Source: Bacillota bacterium (GTDB lineage Bacteria; Bacillota; Sulfobacillia; RBS10-35; JAJYVN01). From it: a stretch of DNA of 64,000 bases. The stretch lies in NCBI GenBank assembly GCA_021806565.1, contig JAJZXK010000001.1, positions 32,314 through 96,313 of the forward strand, written 5' to 3'. Below, one piece after another: positions 41,727-50,710 of the stretch. Positions within the stretch are counted from its first letter, which is position 1; each line of letters begins with the position of its first letter. The position numbers and the translations under genes are program-made. The notes under the pieces were generated by a model, which worked only from the letters and a program-made list of their open reading frames with translations, had not been told where the DNA came from and ran no database searches.

Positions 41727-42590
41727 TCATGCCGGATGCGCATCGGGGATGGGATGGATGCCCCGGGTCGCCGTCACGATGCACCAAGCGCCCCGTTCCT
41801 GTACGCAGGTGCCGGAGCGGGCCAGGAGGCCGCAGACCTCCGCACCATACACCTCGCCCAGCGGGGGGCAACCGGGGCGTGGTGCGGCCAAAAGGGTCCG
41901 TTGCACCGCAGGCGGGTCCGCGGCCTGGCGCCAGGTGGTGGAGTGGGCTTCCAGTTCGAACGGGCAGAACAGTTCGGGGGAAAAGGCCGCCTCCAGTGCC
42001 TCGCGGCGGAGCGCGAAGGGTAGGCGCCGCCAGCGTTGCAGAGCGGCATCGCTTTGTTCCGAGGATGGCGCGGGCAGAAGCGGCTCGGCGTCGCCGTGCA
42101 GGAGTTCGAAAGCAGCCATCCGCCCCCCCGGACGCAGCACGCGGGCAAGTCCCGCGATGACGCTGGGCAGTGCCTCCTGCGCATACTGCAGTACGGAGCG
42201 GGCGACGACGGCGTCGACCGTCAGCGATTCGAGCGGCAGGTTCACCATATCCGCGTGCAGCCAGCGCACCCGCTCGGCCAGCGGGTGGGATCGGACCGAC
42301 GTCCGGGCCTGTTCCAAGAGTTCAGCGGAAATGTCCAGGGCCAGAACCGTGCCCTGCGGACCGACCGCATCCAGCAGTGCGGGGAGGAACTCGCCGGTGC
42401 CGCAGCCGAGTTCGAGGACGGTCTGGCCGGGCGCCGGAGCCGTGGCCTGCAACAGGCGCTGGCGGATCCCCGCGATGAAGGCGAGGGCCGCCTGTGCCTC
42501 TTCGGGGGTGGCTGCGTTGAAGCGGGTGCGGTTCAACCAGTCGGCCCAGATGTCGGGCATGGTCTGCCTGGTTGGAACAGGGCGTGGCAT
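41727..42590 (-). CDS. class I SAM-dependent methyltransferase
   Basis: VLELGCGTGEF motif I. Cys-rich C-terminus. Lies 62 nt upstream of the permease on the same strand. Confidence 0.75.
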   Translation of the reverse strand: MPRPVPTRQTMPDIWADWLNRTRFNAATPEEAQAALAFIAGIRQRLLQATAPAPGQTVLELGCGTGEFLPALLDAVGPQGTVLALDISAELLEQARTSVRSHPLAERVRWLHADMVNLPLESLTVDAVVARSVLQYAQEALPSVIAGLARVLRPGGRMAAFELLHGDAEPLLPAPSSEQSDAALQRWRRLPFALRREALEAAFSPELFCPFELEAHSTTWRQAADPPAVQRTLLAAPRPGCPPLGEVYGAEVCGLLARSGTCVQERGAWCIVTATRGIHPIPDAHPA

Positions 42591-42859
42591 CGAGCGTTCG
42601 ATCCCTCACCGCGTCCACGTGACCAGGCCTGCGCCCCCCTTCAGCTTTGAATCGCCCCCGGCCCGTCCTGCGGGCGGGCGGCGGGGGCTCACGGCGGGTG
42701 TGCCGCACGCCCCACCCCCAGGGCCCACGCCCTACATCGTATGGTCGCCTTCGTCGGCCGCGTTCCCTGCACCTGCCAACCGCTTGAAGGTGGTTGCCTT
42801 CGGCGCTACGCTGGTCGCGCAAGCTCGGCAACCGCGGTCCCGTCCAGGGGGGGATCGAC

Positions 42860-43974
42860 ATGCGCATCGGGGTGCCACGCGAGGTCAAAGACGGCGAATA
42901 CCGGGTTGCGCTGACACCGGCGGCGGTCCACGCGCTGGTCGAAGACGGGCACGATCTGGTCGTGGAGCGCGGGGCGGGAGAGGGTAGCGGCTGGGCCGAC
43001 CCGGAGTTCCTAGCGGCGGGCTGCCGGCTCGGCGACACCTCGGAGGCCTGGGGCGGCGACCTGGTGGTCAAGGTCAAAGAGCCCCAGCCGGGAGAGTTCG
43101 TCCACTTTCGCCCCGGATTGGTGCTGTTTGCCTACCTGCACCTCGCCCCGGCGCCGGAACTCACCACGGCGCTGGTGTCTTCCGGCATGGTCGCCATCGC
43201 TCTGGAGACGGTCCAGCGCGGCGACGGCCACCTGCCCCTGCTGGCCCCCATGAGTGAGATCGCCGGCCGGATGGCGGTGCAGGTCGGCAGCCACTTTTTG
43301 CAGCGGCCGTTGGGCGGCAGCGGCATCCTCCCCGGGGGCGTGCCTGGAGTGGCCCCGGCCCGCTGCGCGATCGTCGGTGGGGGTACCGTGGGCCATGGCG
43401 CGGCGCGGGTCGCCCTGGGCCTCGGCTACCGCGTCACCCTCCTGGACATCCAGCCGGATCGGCTGCGCGCCCTGGACGACCGCTTCGACGGACGCGTGGA
43501 CACGGTGGCCGCCCAGCCGCTCGCGGTCGCCGCCGCCGTGGTGGAGGCGGATTTGGTGGTGGGGGCGGTGTTGGTGCCCGGTGCGCGGGCCCCGCGCGTC
43601 GTGAGTGAGGCGATGGTCCGGGCCATGCGCCCCGGGAGTGTCGTGCTGGACGTCGCGGTCGACCAGGGGGGGTGTGTCGCGACCTGCGACCACCAGAGCA
43701 CCCACCAGGATCCCACCTACATCCGCCACGGGGTCGTGCACTATGCCGTCGCGAACATGCCCGGGGCGGTGCCGCGTACGGCTACGGCCGCGCTCGCCAA
43801 CGCGACGCTGCCCTTCCTGCGGGCCATGGCCGCCCGCGGGTGGCGCCAGGCGGCGGAGGCCGACCCGGCGCTGGCGCTCGGGGTCAACGTGGCTGGGGGA
43901 GCCGTGGTCTGCGCACCGGTCGCCCAGGCCCAGGGTCTTGAATGTCCGCCGCTGGCGTCCATCGGTGTCTGATG
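42860..43974 (+). CDS. ald: alanine dehydrogenase
   Basis: MRIGVPREVKDGEYRVALTP and AIVGGGTVGHGAARVALGLG NAD motif. Confidence 0.9.
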
Positions 43975-44104
43975 CCCGCCGATTGCCCGACGACTGCCGG
44001 ACGAAGATTGAGATGGGCGAGAAGGTCTGGTTTCCGTCCGGGTCGGTGCCGCCGCTCGTGGAAGCGCGTGCTGGCCGCCCCCCCGGCGTCTGGAGGCAGC
44101 AAGG

Positions 44105-45037
44105 ATGGCCGTGGCACCGTCCCCGCGGGTGTGCAGCGGCCCTGTCGCGTCCTTCACCGCCTATCTGGCGGCGGAGCGCGGGTTGGCGGCGCACAGCGTC
44201 GCGGCCTACCGGCGCGACCTGGAGGATTTCGAGCGCTTTCTGCTCGCGCGCGGCCAGGCCCTGGCCGGACCTCCCGACCCGGACGGCGCGGAGGCTTACC
44301 TGCGATCGCTGGTGGAACTTGGCCGCGCCCCGACGACCATTGCCCGCCGGCTTTCGGCGTTGCGCGCCTATGAGCGGTATTGCCTGGAAGAAGGCGCGCG
44401 GCCGGAGCGGCCGGGCGGCTTGGCCCGGTTGCCGCGGCCGGGGCGCCGTCTGCGTCTGCCACGGGTGCTTGGGGTGCATGAGGCGGCGGCCCTCTTGGAG
44501 GCCGTGCGCGCCGACGGACCGATCGGCCTGCGCGACCGGGCGGTGGTCGAGTTGCTGTATGCCAGCGGGTTGCGGGTGTCGGAACTGGTCGGTCTGGATC
44601 AAGGCGACATCGACCTGGAGCGCCGGTCCCTGCGCTGTTTCGGCAAGGGAGGCCGCGAGCGCGTGGTGCCGTTCGGCCGCCCGGCGGCCGCGGCGGTGGA
44701 GCGCTACCTTCAGGAGGGCCGGCCGGCTCTGGACCGTGGCGGGCGGCGGTCCGGCGACGCCGTCTTCCTGGGGTCGCGCGGAGGCCGGCTGGCGCGCCAG
44801 ACGTGCTGGAGGCTGTTGAAGCTGTATGCCCGGGCCGCCGGGCTGCCGCGGCCGCCCTCGCCGCACGTGCTGCGACACAGCTTTGCCACGCACCTGCTGG
44901 CCGGCGGCGCGGACCTGCGCGTCGTCCAGGAGTTGCTGGGCCATGCGGACATCGGGACGACGCAGCGGTACACACACCTCACCCTCGGCCACCTGCGGCA
45001 GGCGTACCTGCAGGCACATCCTCGAGCGCGAAGATAG
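44105..45037 (+). CDS. xerD: tyrosine recombinase XerD
   Basis: RHSFATHLL...LGHADIGTTQRYTH catalytic R-H-R-Y region. Confidence 0.8.
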   Translation: MAVAPSPRVCSGPVASFTAYLAAERGLAAHSVAAYRRDLEDFERFLLARGQALAGPPDPDGAEAYLRSLVELGRAPTTIARRLSALRAYERYCLEEGARPERPGGLARLPRPGRRLRLPRVLGVHEAAALLEAVRADGPIGLRDRAVVELLYASGLRVSELVGLDQGDIDLERRSLRCFGKGGRERVVPFGRPAAAAVERYLQEGRPALDRGGRRSGDAVFLGSRGGRLARQTCWRLLKLYARAAGLPRPPSPHVLRHSFATHLLAGGADLRVVQELLGHADIGTTQRYTHLTLGHLRQAYLQAHPRARR

Positions 45038-45055
45038 GGGGAGACCGCGACGTAC

Positions 45056-45883
45056 TTGCACCTCGACCCATATCTGTTGCGGCTGGGACCGCTGGGCATC
45101 CGCTGGTACGGGGTGTTCATGGCGATCTCCATGGCCATCGGCATCCGCTACTTCGTCCGCCGCGGCAGGCAGGCCGGTGTGGATGAGGACACGCTGTATA
45201 ACATGGCGCTGTTGAGCATCCTCGCGGGCGTCGCCGGGGCGCGGCTAGTGTATGTGCTGACGAATTGGCACTACTTCCAACTGCATCCGGCGCAGATCCT
45301 CCAGATCGAACAGGGCGGGCTGGCGATTCACGGGGCCATTGTCGGCGGGGTGGCCATCGGCATGTGGTATGCCTGGATCCGGCGCCTTCCCTTCTGGGCC
45401 CTGGTGGACGGGATGGTCCCCGGGATCTGTGTGGGTGTGTTCCTGGTGCGCATCGGCAACATTTTCAACGGTGAGATTCTCGGTCACGCGGCGGTGCTGC
45501 TCGGGGGGCACCGCCAGCCGGCCCAGGTGTATGAGATGGTGTTTGCCCTCATCCTCTGGGCCGTCTACTGGCGGCAGTTGCGCAGGGATCCCGCGGACGG
45601 CGTACCGTTTTGGACGTTCATGCTCGGTTACAGTATTCTGCGCTTCATGAGTGAGGCCTTTCGCGACAATCCGCAATACGGGATGCACTATACCAACCAC
45701 TACCTGGGTATCGGCTTCGCGACGCTGGAGCAATGGTTCACGCCGCTCATCCTGGCGTTGACCCTCTGGGCCCTGGCTTGGCGGCGCGGCGTCGACCGGC
45801 ATACATTCACCGAAGGCCCTCGCTGGTCGCCTGGACCGGCGGGCATGGCCGCGGTACCCCAGGGAAGCGGCGAGGGGGCGTAG
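45056..45883 (+). CDS. lgt: prolipoprotein diacylglyceryl transferase
   Basis: RIGNIFNGEILG Lgt signature and multiple TM segments. Confidence 0.9.
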   Translation: MHLDPYLLRLGPLGIRWYGVFMAISMAIGIRYFVRRGRQAGVDEDTLYNMALLSILAGVAGARLVYVLTNWHYFQLHPAQILQIEQGGLAIHGAIVGGVAIGMWYAWIRRLPFWALVDGMVPGICVGVFLVRIGNIFNGEILGHAAVLLGGHRQPAQVYEMVFALILWAVYWRQLRRDPADGVPFWTFMLGYSILRFMSEAFRDNPQYGMHYTNHYLGIGFATLEQWFTPLILALTLWALAWRRGVDRHTFTEGPRWSPGPAGMAAVPQGSGEGA

Positions 45884-47308
45884 GTGATCGCGGGGCAGAA
45901 GGGCTCGGGGGACCGTCGTCGACGCCTGCCGCCCGTGCACGCGTTACTGGCGGACGCCCGGCTGGAGTCTTGGCAGGAGCGACTTGGCCGGGACGTCGTG
46001 CGCCGCGGGGTCGCCGCGGTGTTGGCCGTGGCGCGGACGCAGGCCGAGGCGGGGGATGTTCCGGACGCGGCCGCCATCCTGGACCGGGTAGAGCGGCGGC
46101 TGCGTGGAGAGTCGCGACCCCGCCTGCGGGCGGTGATCAACGCCACCGGCATCGTGCTGCATACCGGTCTGGGGCGCGCGCCCCTGGCAGCGGAGGCCGT
46201 GGAGGCGGTGGCGCGCGTCGCCGCTGGGTACAGCAACCTGGAGTTCGACCTCCAGGATGGCGAGCGCGGCGACCGCCACGCACTGGTGGCGTCCGCGCTG
46301 GGCGAACTCACGGGTGCGCCCGCGGCGATGGTCGTCAACAACAACGCCGCCGCGGTGCTGCTGCTTTTGGCCGCTCTGGCGGCGGGGCGCGAGGTGGTCG
46401 TCTCGCGCGGCGAACTGGTGGAAATCGGCGGCAGCTTCCGCATCCCAGAGGTGCTGGCGCAAAGCGGCGCGTCCCTGGTCGAAGTCGGCACGACCAACCG
46501 CACCTACGCCCGCGATTACACCGCGGCGACGAAGCGGCCCGGCGCAACGGTGGCCCTGCTGCTCAAGGTGCACCAGAGCAACTTCCGCCAGGTCGGCTTC
46601 ACGGCGGCACCGGGCATCGCCGAATTGGCGGCGGTCGCCCGCGGCGGCGGGATTCCGTTGGCCTATGACATGGGATCCGGCACGCTCTGGCCTGGACTCG
46701 GACCGCAGGGAGCGGTCGGGGAACCAACGGTGCGCGAGGCGCTGGCCGCTGGCGCCGACGTGGTGACCTGGAGCGGCGACAAGCTGTTGGGGGGGCCGCA
46801 GGCGGGCGTGCTGTGCGGGCGGGCCGACCTGATCCGGCACTGCGCCCGCCACCCACTTGCGCGGGCCGTGCGCGTCGACAAGTTGACGCTTGCGGCCCTG
46901 GAGGCGACCTTGGCCTTGTATCGGGAGGGACGGGCGGCGCAGGCGGTGCCGGCACTGCGCATGCTGCGCCGCCCGCCGGGCGAACTGGCGCGTGAGGCCG
47001 AGGCCCTGGCGGCAGCCTGCGGCCGCCGTCTGGGGCCCCGGGTCGAGGTGACCGTCGTGGCGGGGGCCTCGGCGGCGGGCGCCGGCGCCCTGGCCGCCGT
47101 GGAACTGCCCACCGCGCTGGTGCGACTGCGGGCCCGGGGGGCCGCGGTCTCCGAGTGGGCCGCTGCCCTGCGCACCGGCGAGGTGCCGTTGGTGGCCCGC
47201 GTCCAGGACGACGCACTCCTGTTGGATCCCCGGACCCTGCTGCCCGGTCAGTCCGAAGGGGTGCCCGACCTCCTGGCGGCCGCGCTGACGGCGCTTGCGG
47301 CTGGCTGA
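45884..47308 (+). CDS. selA: L-seryl-tRNA(Sec) selenium transferase (selenocysteine synthase) SelA
   Basis: VINATGIVLHTGLGRAPL, VVNNNAAAVLL, VSRGELVEIGGSFRIPEV, PLP-lysine motif WSGDKLLGGPQAG. Its start abuts the lgt stop. Confidence 0.9.
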   Translation: MIAGQKGSGDRRRRLPPVHALLADARLESWQERLGRDVVRRGVAAVLAVARTQAEAGDVPDAAAILDRVERRLRGESRPRLRAVINATGIVLHTGLGRAPLAAEAVEAVARVAAGYSNLEFDLQDGERGDRHALVASALGELTGAPAAMVVNNNAAAVLLLLAALAAGREVVVSRGELVEIGGSFRIPEVLAQSGASLVEVGTTNRTYARDYTAATKRPGATVALLLKVHQSNFRQVGFTAAPGIAELAAVARGGGIPLAYDMGSGTLWPGLGPQGAVGEPTVREALAAGADVVTWSGDKLLGGPQAGVLCGRADLIRHCARHPLARAVRVDKLTLAALEATLALYREGRAAQAVPALRMLRRPPGELAREAEALAAACGRRLGPRVEVTVVAGASAAGAGALAAVELPTALVRLRARGAAVSEWAAALRTGEVPLVARVQDDALLLDPRTLLPGQSEGVPDLLAAALTALAAG

Positions 47309-47506
47309 AGGCGGATGCTGTCACGTGGGGTCGAACGTATCCCCGCCGCGTGTGGCCGACGGCCGGGGGGCGCGGCAGGAAGCGGGTGGCGCATGGGCGA
47401 AGAGGACGCGCGTCCAAGGAGCGCTCATGATTCCGACGGTGGTGCCGGACCGCAGCCCTCGGCGTGTGGAAGCGCTGGCGCGGGGTCCGGGCGGGGAGGC
47501 GCACCC

Positions 47507-47734
47507 ATGCTGGTGCTGACGCGGCGCGTCAACGAGACGATCATGATTGGCGACGACATTACGGTGACCGTGGTGTCTGTGCAGGGCCACGGTCCGCACG
47601 CGCAGGTTCGCCTCGGGATCACCGCCCCCCGCAAGACGGTGGTACTGCGCCGCGAGGTGGCGTCCCGCAACGAGGGCCCCCGCGCCAGGGATGCGACGGC
47701 GCCGACGGATGGCGGACCCGTCGCGGCGGGTTAG
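47507..47734 (+). CDS. csrA: carbon storage regulator CsrA
   Basis: [51 protein letters not shown]. Confidence 0.85.
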   Translation: MLVLTRRVNETIMIGDDITVTVVSVQGHGPHAQVRLGITAPRKTVVLRREVASRNEGPRARDATAPTDGGPVAAG

Positions 47735-47897
47735 GTCGGCGCGGCACGGGCCTTCCTTGCGGCGTCCGCCCGCGGATCTCGAGTGTGGCGCGGCGCCGGT
47801 CCCTCCACCACGTGCGCTGGGCGGTCTTTGGCCGTCCTCGCCGCGCTTCGGGATGCCGGTCCGCTCGTGGCTTGTCCGGATACGTTTCCGCCTGGTT

Positions 47898-48224
47898 TCA
47901 CCCGTCCTGCCCCTCGGCCGCCCTGAGTCGGTCGGGCGGAAATCCGGCATGGCGCTGGTAGGCACGGCGGGCGGCGAGACCGCGGGCGCGCTCACCCATC
48001 TCCTCCGTCGCTTTGTGCAGCGTTTGCTGGAGGCGCAGGTCCAGATGGGCGACTTCGGCCAGTGCCGGACCAGTGGCGCGCAGACCGGCCGCCGTCGTGA
48101 GGGCGCGTTCCACTTCGCGGCACAGGCCGGGCAGCGCCTGCCAGTCTCCGCGTTCGGCGCAGGCGAGTTGCTGTCGCAGCAGGGAACGCAGGTGGGTGAG
48201 CTCCGGGTCGCCCGGAGGGTTCAC
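47898..48224 (-). CDS. small helical protein, possible flagellar chaperone (FliT/FlgN-like)
   Basis: 108 aa. GTG start overlaps the GNAT stop. Assigned by position in the flagellar filament locus only. Confidence 0.3.
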   Translation of the reverse strand: MNPPGDPELTHLRSLLRQQLACAERGDWQALPGLCREVERALTTAAGLRATGPALAEVAHLDLRLQQTLHKATEEMGERARGLAARRAYQRHAGFPPDRLRAAEGQDG

Positions 48225-48742
48225 TTCGGTTCGGCCGCTGGGAGAAGGATGAGGCCGAACAGGACCTCGTCGCAGAAGGTGTCGCCGATGCGCAACTGGT
48301 CGCGTTGCACCCCTTCGACCGCATAGCCGGCCCGGTGGAAAAGCGCCAGCGCGGCCGCGTTGGACCGGGCGACCCCCGCGCCGATGCGGCGCAGTCCGGC
48401 CGCCATGGCCCAGGCGCGCACCCCCTGGAGCAGTAGCTGCCCGATGCCCCGTCGGCGCCATCGGGGGTCCACGGCGAGGGACGCCGTGGCCGTATGGACG
48501 GTGGTCGGTTCGAGCCCGCGCACCCCGACCGCGAAACCGACCACGCAGCTTTGGTGGACGGTCACCAGGGCGCAGGCATGCTCCAGTTCGAGGGCCGCGA
48601 GGCGTACCGCCTCCTCCTTTGGGTTCAGCGAGGCCGCGTCGATGCCGAGCATGCCCTCGGCCGCGACCGAGCGCAGGAGTGCCACGATGGCGTCGGCGTC
48701 GGCCTCGGTCGCGGCGCGCAGGCGGATCGCCGACTCAACCAC
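48221..48742 (-). CDS. GNAT family N-acetyltransferase within the flagellar filament locus
   Basis: VGFAVGVRGL...VDPRWRRRGIGQLLLQGVRAWA is a GNAT motif. Start set just after the fliD stop. Confidence 0.6.
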   Translation of the reverse strand: MVESAIRLRAATEADADAIVALLRSVAAEGMLGIDAASLNPKEEAVRLAALELEHACALVTVHQSCVVGFAVGVRGLEPTTVHTATASLAVDPRWRRRGIGQLLLQGVRAWAMAAGLRRIGAGVARSNAAALALFHRAGYAVEGVQRDQLRIGDTFCDEVLFGLILLPAAEPK

Positions 48743-50207
48743 CACTGCTGCTGCCCCCTGATCCACCCGATCCCTGGGCGGCATACTGCGCCTGCAGGAA
48801 GCCCGAAACCTGCTGGCTCTGGGCGTGGCTTGCCATCAAGCCCTGAATCATCTGCGAGAACTGCGACTGCATCTGTTGTTGCTGCTGCTGGATCATCTGG
48901 TTGATCGGGCTGTTTGGGTCGTTGATCTCCTGGCCCAGGCTCTGGGCCTGCTGCTGCAGGTCGCTGATCTGGGCGGGGATCGAGCCGTTGGGCCCCACAA
49001 AGAGGCTGAGTTGCTGTTGGAGTTGGGTGGCGATGCCGCCGCTGGCGCCGTTCATCAGCATGGCGACCGCGGCGGGATTGTCTGCCAGGGCCGTCTGCAA
49101 CGTGGTGGGGGAGACGCTGAGGGCGAGGTTGCTCGGGGAGCCGACCGGCGCGGAGAGCGTGACGCCGATCTGCGAAAGGGACTGGTACCCCGCCGGTTGA
49201 CCTGGCTGCACGGCGGTCAGGGCCTGAGTGATGCTGTTGGTCAGCGACAGCAGGGCGGCGTTGCCTTCGAGCGCCCCGTTTTTGCCCCCAAACTTCTGCA
49301 CGTCGCCCAGCAGGGTGTTGAAATCCTTGGCCAACTGCGAAAAAGCCCCGCTGATCGCGGACTGGTTTTGGGTGACGCTGATGGTGGCGGGGCTGCCGGA
49401 GGGCGTCGGCGCCAGCAGTTGCAGCGTGACGCCCGGGATGGTGGTGTTGTCGGTGTTGGTGAGGCCGGTCTCGGCCAAGCCGTTGACGGTGTATTGCGCG
49501 GCGTGGGCGGCCTGCAGTTGGTTGGCGGGCGTGGCGCTCGAGTTCAGGACGCCGAGCGACTTGAGGATGCCGCTCCCATCCGTCCACTGGATGGCCGTGC
49601 CCTGGGTGGACGCGATGTTGAGGGCGTAACCGCCGGTGGTCGGCATGACGGTCGCCGTGACGTTGTCGCTGGCGGCGTTGATCGAGTGGGAGATGGACTG
49701 GAGGCTGTCGGTGGACGCCACGCTGATCGTCTGACCGTTGATGGTGAAGCTGCCGCTTTGGTTGAGCGCGGCCGAAGAGCTCGTCTGGGTCGCTGAGTTG
49801 TCGATCTCCATCTGGGCCAGTTGGCTGACGGATACCTGGAAGGTGCCGGGCGAACCCGATGCGCTGGCGGACGTCGACACGTTCACCTGCGTGGGCGCGG
49901 AACTGGCCGCGCTCACCCCCTGATACAGGCCGGTGCCGGCCAGGCTCTGGGCGTCGGTCTGCAGGTTCGAGACATCCGTCTGCAACTGCTGCCAGGCCTG
50001 CTCCTGGGTGTTGACGGTGGAGAGTTGTTGAGAAAGCTGATTGAGGGGCAGGGCGTCGACGCCCAACTGGGCCTGCATGGCCTGATCCAGGGCGGAGATG
50101 TTGTAGCCGGGCAGGAGCGCCCCGAGGATCTGCGGATTGTTCCAGACGCTGGACGCACCCGAGGAAGATGATCCAAGAAGGCCCATGCCCCCGATGCTGC
50201 TGCTCAC
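48735..50207 (-). CDS. fliD: flagellar filament cap protein FliD
   Basis: Ser/Thr/Gln-rich 490 aa with N- and C-terminal FliD heptad regions. Confidence 0.8.
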   Translation of the reverse strand: MSSSIGGMGLLGSSSSGASSVWNNPQILGALLPGYNISALDQAMQAQLGVDALPLNQLSQQLSTVNTQEQAWQQLQTDVSNLQTDAQSLAGTGLYQGVSAASSAPTQVNVSTSASASGSPGTFQVSVSQLAQMEIDNSATQTSSSAALNQSGSFTINGQTISVASTDSLQSISHSINAASDNVTATVMPTTGGYALNIASTQGTAIQWTDGSGILKSLGVLNSSATPANQLQAAHAAQYTVNGLAETGLTNTDNTTIPGVTLQLLAPTPSGSPATISVTQNQSAISGAFSQLAKDFNTLLGDVQKFGGKNGALEGNAALLSLTNSITQALTAVQPGQPAGYQSLSQIGVTLSAPVGSPSNLALSVSPTTLQTALADNPAAVAMLMNGASGGIATQLQQQLSLFVGPNGSIPAQISDLQQQAQSLGQEINDPNSPINQMIQQQQQQMQSQFSQMIQGLMASHAQSQQVSGFLQAQYAAQGSGGSGGSSSGG

Positions 50208-50632
50208 CGCCGTACCCCCCCCGCCGCCGCGGCCGGTTGGCCGTGCAACTCAAGGTCGGCCGCCTGTTGCCAAGCCTCGCGCAACTCGGTGATCAATGGG
50301 ATCAGCGCGGCCAGCCGCTCGCGGCTCTTTTCGACGTTTGCTCGACCGAGTTCGGTGGACAGGTAGCCATATACAGCGTCCAGGTTCTTCGCCACGTCGC
50401 CGCCCACCTCGAGGTTGAGGCTGCCGCGCAGCAGCCCCAGGACCTGCTGGGCGTTGGTCAGTGCTTCGTGCGCCGCGGGGACGTCTTGGGCCGCGATGGC
50501 GCGGTCGGCCTGCCCGATGGCCATGAGCACGGCCGCCAGTGCCGTGGCGGGCACGCGTTGCGGCGGCAGCAGGGCTGCGGCGGCGCTGTGGTAGGCACAG
50601 ACGCGGGCGTGAAGGGTCGGGTCGGACACCAC
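50204..50632 (-). CDS. fliS: flagellin-specific chaperone FliS
   Basis: ALTNAQQVLGLLRGSLNLEVGGDVAKNLDAVYGYL matches the FliS core. ATGA overlap with fliD. Confidence 0.85.
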   Translation of the reverse strand: MVSDPTLHARVCAYHSAAAALLPPQRVPATALAAVLMAIGQADRAIAAQDVPAAHEALTNAQQVLGLLRGSLNLEVGGDVAKNLDAVYGYLSTELGRANVEKSRERLAALIPLITELREAWQQAADLELHGQPAAAAGGVRR

Positions 50633-50659
50633 AAGCCACCCCCGTTCGGGCTGGAAGCC

Positions 50660-50688
50660 GACAGGGGGCGGGCGTACCCGCCCCCCGC
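50660..50688 (-). terminator. GC-rich hairpin terminator downstream of flagellin
   Basis: The minus-strand RNA carries GGGGGCGGGUACGCCCGCCCCC (9-bp stem) followed by a U-containing tract, 25 nt after the flagellin stop. Confidence 0.5.
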
Positions 50689-50710
50689 GGTTGGCGTGGG
50701 ACCGTCGGGA

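Noticed and set aside
47309-47506. tRNA-Sec (selC) between selA and csrA
   Set aside because: No UCA anticodon loop, long variable arm or GGTTCGA T-arm-like features. The region seems unstructured.
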